A stretch of DNA of 5,799 nucleotides, from the IMG/VR virus record IMGVR_UViG_2698536681_000012, one strand, 5' to 3'. Source of the stretch: a virus. Lineage: Duplodnaviria > Heunggongvirae > Uroviricota > Caudoviricetes. Numbering within the stretch: position 1 is the first letter of the stretch; each line of letters opens with the position of its first letter. The notes beneath the pieces were generated by a model. It was not told the origin of the DNA. It saw nothing but the letters and a program-made list of their open reading frames with translations, and made no database searches. This document shows, piece by piece, positions 1 to 5,487 of this stretch. The position numbers and the translations under genes were made by a program.

Positions 1-4
1 CGAA

Positions 5-250
5 TTACCGTCTTATATCACTGGCGCTGACATAGCGGTACCCTTCACGCCAGACATGGTTTAACGCTCTGCATGCTGCGGCAATAATGTCCCGGCTGTC
101 CTGTGTGGGCAATGGAAGCTTTTCCACAGCGGCATTGCTGTAACAGGGTTCTTTTACTGCAAAGGGGGATGTCCGTACAAATGTCGTCACCTGCCGGCAA
201 TACTGACGCTCCCCACGTAGTTTCTCTGCGGCCCGCTCTGCATACTGAAC
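5..250 (-). CDS. umuC: Y-family translesion DNA polymerase subunit (UmuC/MucB/ImpB family), partial; probably truncated or decayed
   Basis: Minus-strand translation VQYAERAAEKLRGERQYCRQVTTFVRTSPFAVKEPCYSNAAVEKLPLPTQDSRDIIAAACRALNHVWREGYRY aligns with E. coli UmuC around residues 265-340 (...SYAARAAEKLRSEHQYCRFISTFIKTSPFALNEPYYGNSASVKLLTPTQDSRDIIAATRSLDAIWQAGHRY..., recalled from memory). After YRY the similarity is lost (VSASDIRR) and a TAA stop follows at 5-7, about 70 codons before a full-length UmuC would end. The 5' part is hidden in the N-run 251-812. Confidence 0.8.
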   Translation of the reverse strand, partial: VQYAERAAEKLRGERQYCRQVTTFVRTSPFAVKEPCYSNAAVEKLPLPTQDSRDIIAAACRALNHVWREGYRYVSASDIRR

Positions 251-813
251 NNNNNNNNNNNNNNNNNNNNNNNNNNNNNNNNNNNNNNNNNNNNNNNNNN
301 NNNNNNNNNNNNNNNNNNNNNNNNNNNNNNNNNNNNNNNNNNNNNNNNNNNNNNNNNNNNNNNNNNNNNNNNNNNNNNNNNNNNNNNNNNNNNNNNNNNN
401 NNNNNNNNNNNNNNNNNNNNNNNNNNNNNNNNNNNNNNNNNNNNNNNNNNNNNNNNNNNNNNNNNNNNNNNNNNTTTNNNNNNNNNNNNNNNNNNNNNNN
501 NNNNNNNNNNNNNNNNNNNNNNNNNNNNNNNNNNNNNNNNNNNNNNNNNNNNNNNNNNNNNNNNNNNNNNNNNNNNNNNNNNNNNNNNNNNNNNNNNNNN
601 NNNNNNNNNNNNNNNNNNNNNNNNNNNNNNNNNNNNNNNNNNNNNNNNNNNNNNNNNNNNNNNNNNNNNNNNNNNNNNNNNNNNNNNNNNNNNNNNNNNN
701 NNNNNNNNNNNNNNNNNNNNNNNNNNNNNNNNNNNNNNNNNNNNNNNNNNNNNNNNNNNNNNNNNNNNNNNNNNNNNNNNNNNNNNNNNNNNNNNNNNNN
801 NNNNNNNNNNNNA

Positions 814-1089
814 GATGTTTTCCGGATACAGTGTGCGGAACTCCGGGCTGTCTGAAACCGGCTCCAGTGCCGGGCGTGGGCGCAACAGCAGTCGTTTGAC
901 GGTGAACTCACCGTCGATCTCAGCGATAACGATGTCCCCGTGTTGTGGTTTTTCGGCCCTGTCCACTACCAGCAGATCACCATTCTGCACGCCAGCCTGG
1001 TTCATCGATTCACCGCTGGCGCGCAGAAAGAAGGTGGCTGCAGGTCTGCTGATGCAATAGCTGTTCAGATCCAGTTCCTGCTCAGCATA
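814..1089 (-). CDS. umuD: UmuD/MucA/ImpA-like LexA-family S24 autopeptidase (polymerase V accessory subunit), internal fragment; both ends hidden in N-runs
   Basis: Minus-strand translation YAEQELDLNSYCISRPAATFFLRASGESMNQAGVQNGDLLVVDRAEKPQHGDIVIAEIDGEFTVKRLLLRPRPALEPVSDSPEFRTLYPENI matches E. coli UmuD residues ~32-123 (from memory), including the catalytic Ser in ASGESM and the Lys in FTVKRL. It lies upstream of the UmuC-like fragment on the same strand. Confidence 0.85.
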
Positions 1090-1328
1090 NNNNNNNNNNN
1101 NNNNNNNNNNNNNNNNNNNNNNNNNNNNNNNNNNNNNNNNNNNNNNNNNNNNNNNNNNNNNNNNNNNNNNNNNNNNNNNNNNNNNNNNNNNNNNNNNNNN
1201 NNNNNNNNNNNNNNNNNNNNNNNNNNNNNNNNNNNNNNNNNNNNNNNNNNNNNNNNNNNNNNNNNNNNNNNNNNNNNNNNNNNNNNNNNNNNNNNNNNNN
1301 NNNNNNNNNNNNNNNNNNNNNNNNNNNN

Positions 1329-1387
1329 GTGCCTGATTTGAGGTTTTTTGTGCTCTGGCGGTCGAAAAGAATTTCAATGCGGATCAT
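1329..1387 (-). CDS. N-terminal 19 codons of a small gene preceding the umuD-like gene (position and SOS control resemble impC of impCAB operons); rest hidden in N-run
   Basis: Minus-strand ATG (plus 1385-1387) is preceded by GGGAGA about 7 nt upstream and translates MIRIEILFDRQSTKNLKSG. It sits immediately downstream of the LexA box and promoter. I cannot verify identity to ImpC from memory. Confidence 0.5.
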
Positions 1388-1411
1388 GTTCTCATCTCCC
1401 TTTTCTTTATG

Positions 1412-1427
1412 CTGTATGTTTATACAG
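1412..1427 (-). promoter_or_regulatory. LexA operator (SOS box), canonical 16-bp CTGT-N8-ACAG
   Basis: Plus strand CTGTATGTTTATACAG is a perfect match to the CTGT-N8-ACAG architecture with an AT-rich core. It lies between the -10 element and the RBS of the minus-strand small gene, the classic arrangement for umuDC-type operons. Confidence 0.8.
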
Positions 1428-1428
1428 T

Positions 1429-1458
1429 ATTCTAATAACTGAATCCGCACACAGTCAA
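1429..1458 (-). promoter_or_regulatory. sigma70-type promoter for the minus-strand SOS operon (-35 TTGACT, 18-nt spacer, -10 TAGAAT)
   Basis: Reverse complement of 1453-1458 is TTGACT and of 1429-1434 is TAGAAT, with an 18-nt spacer. The LexA box abuts the -10 element. Confidence 0.6.
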
Positions 1459-1796
1459 ATGTCATNNNNNNNNNNNNNNNNNNNNNNNNNNNNNNNNNNN
1501 NNNNNNNNNNNNNNNNNNNNNNNNNNNNNNNNNNNNNNNNNNNNNNNNNNNNNNNNNNNNNNNNNNNNNNNNNNNNNNNNNNNNNNNNNNNNNNNNNNNN
1601 NNNNNNNNNNNNNNNNNNNNNNNNNNNNNNNNNNNNNNNNNNNNNNNNNNNNNNNNNNNNNNNNNNNNNNNNNNNNNNNNNNNNNNNNNNNNNNNNNNNN
1701 NNNNNNNNNNNNNNNNNNNNNNNNNNNNNNNNNNNNNNNNNNNNNNNNNNNNNNNNNNNNNNNNNNNNNNNNNNNNNNNNNNNNNNNNTTCTTTTG

Positions 1797-1814
1797 CTGT
1801 ATATATATATACAG
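1797..1814 (-). promoter_or_regulatory. LexA-box-like palindrome with non-canonical spacing, CTGT-(AT)5-ACAG, 18 bp
   Basis: CTGTATATATATATACAG has the conserved CTGT/ACAG half-sites but 10 nt between them instead of 8. It is followed by the same -10 and -35 hexamers (plus 1816-1821 and 1840-1845) as the first copy. Function is uncertain because LexA binding is spacing sensitive. Confidence 0.4.
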
Positions 1815-1852
1815 TATTCTAATAACTGAATCCGCACACAGTCAAATGTCAT
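1797..1852. repeat. Direct repeat copy 2 (LexA-like box plus promoter module), about 385-387 nt from copy 1
   Basis: Identical 38-mer plus a box variant; see copy 1. Confidence 0.85.
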
Positions 1853-1899
1853 TGTTCTGACTAAAAAACGCTCAATTCTCTGAGGGTATGGCTGTATGC

Positions 1900-2140
1900 C
1901 TGCTGTGGAGTGCTGTGTCCAGCTTATCCACAGCATTTTGTGCACGGTTCTGTGGACAAAATACCTGGTTACCCAGGCCGTGCCGGCACGTTAACCGGGC
2001 TGCATCCGATGCAAGTGTGTCGCTGTCGCCGGCCTCCTCACCCGGTCACGTTTCGTCGTTCCTCCTCCACGCGCTGCGGCTTCGGGGCCGCACCTGCATT
2101 CGTATGCGGTCGCCCGGTAACAGGTGCGGCACGGCCTGAT
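1900..2140 (+). promoter_or_regulatory. GC-rich region with nested inverted repeats (long imperfect hairpin) upstream of the plus-strand operon; candidate single-strand promoter (Frpo/ssi-like) or other structured leader
   Basis: 1974-1985 CAGGCCGTGCCG is the exact reverse complement of 2127-2138 CGGCACGGCCTG. The flanks pair imperfectly (GTTAACCGGG near 1990-1999 against CCCGGTAAC near 2112-2120; TGCATCCGATGCA near 2001-2013 against GCATTCGTATGC near 2095-2106). Local hairpins are at 1903-1933 (CTGTGGA/TCCACAG), 1964-1977 (CCTGG-TTAC-CCAGG), 1979-1990 (palindrome CGTGCCGGCACG) and 2076-2091. The region has no convincing ORF with an RBS and ends at the RBS of the gene starting at 2169. Confidence 0.4.
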
Positions 2141-2168
2141 GGAGGCCGCATGTGAGAGGAGAATTCCC

Positions 2169-2622
2169 ATGCCAAACTGGTGCTCGAATCGTATGTATTT
2201 TTCTGGTGAACCGGCACAGATCGCTGAGATTAAACGACTGGCCAGCGGTGCAGTTACACCGCTTTATCGCCGCGCCACAAATGAAGGTATTCAGCTGTTT
2301 CTGGCCGGAAGTGCCGGACTTCTGCAGATCACTGAAAATATCCGCTCTGAGCAGTGCCCCGGAGTGACGGCTGCCGGACGTGGTGCTGTATCACCGGAAA
2401 ATATCGCGTTCACCCGCTGGCTGACACACCTGCAGAACGGTGTACTGCTGGATGAGCAAAACTGCCTGATGCTGCATGAACTCTGGCTGCAGAGCGGTAC
2501 TGGACAGCGTCGCTGGGAAGAGTTACCGGATGATGTCAGGGAAACTATCACTGTGCATTTCACCGCAAAAAGAGGTGACTGGTGTGGCTTCTGGAGTAAC
2601 GAGGATGTATCGGTGTGGTGGA
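2169..2622 (+). CDS. Hypothetical protein, paralogue A (N-terminal 151 codons visible; continues into N-run)
   Basis: ATG at 2169 with a strong RBS GAGAGGAG (2154-2161, 7-nt spacing). Open frame with enterobacterial-like codon usage, translating MPNWCSNRMYFSGEPAQIAEIKRLASGAVTPLYRRATNEGIQLFLAGSAGLLQITENIRSEQCPG... I do not recognise the family. Confidence 0.8.
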
Positions 2623-3055
2623 NNNNNNNNNNNNNNNNNNNNNNNNNNNNNNNNNNNNNNNNNNNNNNNNNNNNNNNNNNNNNNNNNNNNNNNNNNNNNN
2701 NNNNNNNNNNNNNNNNNNNNNNNNNNNNNNNNNNNNNNNNNNNNNNNNNNNNNNNNNNNNNNNNNNNNNNNNNNNNNNNNNNNNNNNNNNNNNNNNNNNN
2801 NNNNNNNNNNNNNNNNNNNNNNNNNNNNNNNNNNNNNNNNNNNNNNNNNNNNNNNNNNNNNNNNNNNNNNNNNNNNNNNNNNNNNNNNNNNNNNNNNNNN
2901 NNNNNNNNNNNNNNNNNNNNNNNNNNNNNNNNNNNNNNNNNNNNNNNNNNNNNNNNNNNNNNNNNNNNNNNNNNNNNNNNNNNNNNNNNNNNNNNNNNNN
3001 NNNNNNNNNNNNNNNNNNNNNNNNNNNNNNNNNNNNNNNNNNNNNNNNNNNNNNN

Positions 3056-3178
3056 TGGCCAGTGGTGCCGTCACACCGTTTTATCGCCGCGCCACAAATG
3101 AAGGTATTCAGCTGTTTCTGGCCGGAAGTGCCGGACTTCTGCAGACCACTGAAGATGTGTGGTTTGAACCGTGCCCCG
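3056..3178 (+). CDS. Hypothetical protein, paralogue B (internal fragment homologous to paralogue A residues ~25-64); both ends in N-runs
   Basis: 3080-3145 is 66 nt identical to 2263-2328, with about 85% identity over about 110 nt. In-frame translation ASGAVTPFYRRATNEGIQLFLAGSAGLLQTTEDVWFEPCP parallels paralogue A. The copy offset of 817 nt places a start near 2986, inside the N-run. Confidence 0.65.
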
Positions 3179-3475
3179 NNNNNNNNNNNNNNNNNNNNNN
3201 NNNNNNNNNNNNNNNNNNNNNNNNNNNNNNNNNNNNNNNNNNNNNNNNNNNNNNNNNNNNNNNNNNNNNNNNNNNNNNNNNNNNNNNNNNNNNNNNNNNN
3301 NNNNNNNNNNNNNNNNNNNNNNNNNNNNNNNNNNNNNNNNNNNNNNNNNNNNNNNNNNNNNNNNNNNNNNNNNNNNNNNNNNNNNNNNNNNNNNNNNNNN
3401 NNNNNNNNNNNNNNNNNNNNNNNNNNNNNNNNNNNNNNNNNNNNNNNNNNNNNNNNNNNNNNNNNNNNNNNNNNN

Positions 3476-3742
3476 TTCATTCAGGTTGATTTCGACACGC
3501 CGTGGTGTCAGCCGGAAAGCGACGTTATTGCAGAATTAAGCCGCCGTTTCAGCTGCACGCTGGAGCACTGGTATGCCGAACAGGGCTGTGATTTCTGTGG
3601 CTGGCAGTTGTATGAGCGCGGAGAGCTCGTTGATGTGCTGTGGGGGGAACTGGAATGGTCTTCCCCGACAGATGATGATGAGCTGCCGGAAGTCACCGGA
3701 CCTGCGTGGATAATCGACAATGTGGCGCATTATGGCGGATGA
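3476..3742 (+). CDS. C-terminal 88 codons of a hypothetical Cys-containing protein with an acidic tail (possibly the C-terminus of paralogue B, but in a different frame from 3056-3178)
   Basis: Open frame to TGA at 3740-3742, translating FIQVDFDTPWCQPESDVIAELSRRFSCTLEHWYAEQGCDFCGWQLYERGELVDVLWGELEWSSPTDDDELPEVTGPAWIIDNVAHYGG. Codon usage is good and the next gene starts 3 nt downstream. Confidence 0.7.
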   Translation, partial: FIQVDFDTPWCQPESDVIAELSRRFSCTLEHWYAEQGCDFCGWQLYERGELVDVLWGELEWSSPTDDDELPEVTGPAWIIDNVAHYGG

Positions 3743-3745
3743 AGT

Positions 3746-4954
3746 ATGACGGAGACGGGCGGGCAACCGCNNNNNNNNNNNNNNNNNNNNNNNNNNNNNN
3801 NNNNNNNNNNNNNNNNNNNNNNNNNNNNNNNNNNNNNNNNNNNNNNNNNNNNNNNNNNNNNNNNNNNNNNNNNNNNNNNNNNNNNNNNNNNNNNNNNNNN
3901 NNNNNNNNNNNNNNNNNNNNNNNNNNNNNNNNNNNNNNNNNNNNNNNNNNNNNNNNNNNNNNNNNNNNNNNNNNNNNNNNNNNNNNNNNNNNNNNNNNNN
4001 NNNNNNNNNNNNNNNNNNNNNNNNNNNNNNNNNNNNNNNNNNNNNNNNNNNNNNNNNNNNNNNNNNNNNNNNNGTCGGCCTGACCCGTTACCGGACGCGG
4101 TGAACAGCCCACAGGCAGCGGGGAACGGGCACCACAGGGGTGCCCTCCCGNNNNNNNNNNNNNNNNNNNNNNNNNNNNNNNNNNNNNNNNNNNNNNNNNN
4201 NNNNNNNNNNNNNNNNNNNNNNNNNNNNNNNNNNNNNNNNNNNNNNNNNNNNNNNNNNNNNNNNNNNNNNNNNNNNNNNNNNNNNNNNNNNNNNNNNNNN
4301 NNNNNNNNNNNNNNNNNNNNNNNNNNNNNNNNNNNNNNNNNNNNNNNNNNNNNNNNNNNNNNNNNNNNNNNNNNNNNNNNNNNNNNNNNNNNNNNNNNNN
4401 NNNNNNNNNNNNNNNNNNNNNNNNNNNNNNNNNNNNNNNNNNNNNNNNNNNNNNNNNNNNNNNNNNNNNNNNNNNNNNNNNNNNNNNNNNNNNNNNNNNN
4501 NNNNNNNNNNNNNNNNNNNTGGAAAAATGCGGGATTCAGCGTTGTTGGTCACCTGGTCTTCACCAAAAACTACACATCGAAGGCCGCATATGTGGGCTAT
4601 CGCCACGAATGCGCCTACATCCTGGCAAAAGGCCGTCCACGTCTGCCACAAAACCCGCTGCCGGACGTGCTGGGCTGGAAATATTCGGGCAATCGCCATC
4701 ACCCGACGGAAAAGCCCGTTACCAGCCTGCAACCGCTGATTGAGAACTTCACACACCCGAACGCAATTGTGCTGGACCCGTTTGCAGGCAGCGGCTCAAC
4801 CTGCGTCGCCGCCCTCCAGTCCGGACGCCGGTATATCGGTATCGAGCTGCTTGAGCAGTATCACCGTGCCGGGCAGCAACGCCTTGCCGCCGTGCAACGG
4901 GCCATGCAGCAGGGGGCCGCGAATGATGACTGGTTTATGCCGGAGGCTGCGTAA
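3746..4954 (+). CDS. DNA methyltransferase, beta-class N6-adenine/N4-cytosine type (PF01555-like); C-terminal catalytic region visible, N-terminal extent uncertain
   Basis: The visible C-terminal 144 codons (4520-4951) contain HPTEKP followed about 20 residues later by DPFAGSGST (the FxGxG AdoMet-binding motif), then RRYIGIE, an arrangement typical of beta-class amino-MTases such as CcrM. ATG at 3746 gives a 402-codon frame if the N-runs are length-faithful; the visible island 4074-4150 is open only in this frame. Alternatively the MTase starts inside the N-run 4151-4519 and 3746 begins a separate short gene. Confidence 0.8.
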   Translation: MTETGGQPXXXXXXXXXXXXXXXXXXXXXXXXXXXXXXXXXXXXXXXXXXXXXXXXXXXXXXXXXXXXXXXXXXXXXXXXXXXXXXXXXXXXXXXXXXXXXXXXXXXXXXRPDPLPDAVNSPQAAGNGHHRGALPXXXXXXXXXXXXXXXXXXXXXXXXXXXXXXXXXXXXXXXXXXXXXXXXXXXXXXXXXXXXXXXXXXXXXXXXXXXXXXXXXXXXXXXXXXXXXXXXXXXXXXXXXXXXXXXXXXXXXXXXXXXWKNAGFSVVGHLVFTKNYTSKAAYVGYRHECAYILAKGRPRLPQNPLPDVLGWKYSGNRHHPTEKPVTSLQPLIENFTHPNAIVLDPFAGSGSTCVAALQSGRRYIGIELLEQYHRAGQQRLAAVQRAMQQGAANDDWFMPEAA

Positions 4955-5176
4955 ATGAACTATGCAGGACACGAAAAACTGCGCGCCGAAGTGGCGGAGG
5001 TGGCCAATGCCATGTGCGACCTGCGTACAACCATGAATGAGATGGAGCAGCGGTACAGCTTTAATGCCGACACCCTGCCGGAACGTCTGGTGCGTCAGAC
5101 GCTGTTTCGCGCAAACCGCCTCCTGATGGAGGCATATACCGAAATTCTGGAACTGGAAGCGTGCTTCAAAGATTGA
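4955..5176 (+). CDS. Small hypothetical protein (73 aa), translationally coupled to the methyltransferase
   Basis: ATG at 4955 directly follows the MTase TAA (TAAATG at 4952-4957), with GGAGG 9 nt upstream. Fully visible ORF MNYAGHEKLRAEVAEVANAMCDLRTTMNEMEQRYSFNADTLPERLVRQTLFRANRLLMEAYTEILELEACFKD; stop TGA at 5174-5176. Predicted mostly helical. No recognised family. Confidence 0.7.
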   Translation: MNYAGHEKLRAEVAEVANAMCDLRTTMNEMEQRYSFNADTLPERLVRQTLFRANRLLMEAYTEILELEACFKD

Positions 5177-5189
5177 GAAGGAGACGAGA

Positions 5190-5242
5190 ATGTACGGAAC
5201 ATGCGAAACGCTATGCCGGGAGCTGGCAGTAAAGTATCCGGG
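5190..5242 (+). CDS. Start of a hypothetical gene (first 17 codons visible; continues into N-run)
   Basis: ATG at 5190 with RBS AAGGAG 8 nt upstream, 13 nt after the previous stop. Translates MYGTCETLCRELAVKYPG. Confidence 0.55.
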
Positions 5243-5487
5243 NNNNNNNNNNNNNNNNNNNNNNNNNNNNNNNNNNNNNNNNNNNNNNNNNNNNNNNNNN
5301 NNNNNNNNNNNNNNNNNNNNNNNNNNNNNNNNNNNNNNNNNNNNNNNNNNNNNNNNNNNNNNNNNNNNNNNNNNNNNNNNNNNNNNNNNNNNNNNNNNNN
5401 NNNNNNNNNNNNNNNNNNNNNNNNNNNNNNNNNNNNNNNNNNNNNNNNNNNNNNNNNNNNNNNNNNNNNNNNNNNNNNNNNNNNNNN

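Larger units (their letters stand above)
1412..1465. repeat. Direct repeat copy 1 (LexA box plus promoter module); runs into an N-run so its true extent is unknown
   Basis: The 38 nt TATTCTAATAACTGAATCCGCACACAGTCAAATGTCAT at 1428-1465 is identical to 1815-1852. The preceding box and the upstream T-rich stretch are similar with small indels. Confidence 0.85.

Noticed and set aside
1-31. Possible IS1-like terminus at the left window edge (..ATTACC at 4-9)
   Set aside because: Only a 6-nt resemblance to an IS1 end, and the window edge prevents any check of the inverted repeat or target duplication. It is kept only as a hypothesis in the operon-decay finding.
1800-1811. (TA)6 microsatellite
   Set aside because: It is the core of the LexA-like palindrome, not an independent repeat, and is covered under the duplicated promoter module.
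45-1945. Long six-frame ORFs that span N-runs (45..911 -, 103..855 +, 187..1377 - read as one 396-aa protein, 815..1060 +, 940..1341 +, 1082..1945 -, 1348..1860 +)
   Set aside because: They are open only because N codons cannot encode stops. The visible parts are antisense or out of frame relative to the UmuD/UmuC-like homology, or they read through promoter and LexA-box DNA. Only the homology-supported fragments were kept.
2124-2126. GTG at 2124 as the start of paralogue A
   Set aside because: It has no RBS and lies inside the hairpin region. ATG at 2169 has a near-consensus Shine-Dalgarno at optimal spacing.
1888-2155. Plus-strand ORFs 1888..2139 and 1910..2155 inside the GC-rich structured region
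   Set aside because: No RBS, mutually overlapping frames, Arg/Pro/Cys-rich translations typical of GC-rich non-coding DNA. The region is better explained as a structured regulatory element.
1412-3178. CRISPR array suggested by repeated segments
   Set aside because: Only two copies of each repeat, with unequal lengths and spacing, and one pair lies inside coding sequence. There is no repeat-spacer periodicity.
251-5487. N-runs as biological features, including the 3-nt ttt island at 475-477
   Set aside because: These are masking or low-confidence consensus positions, not sequence. They are noted only because they limit every boundary call and may or may not preserve true length.
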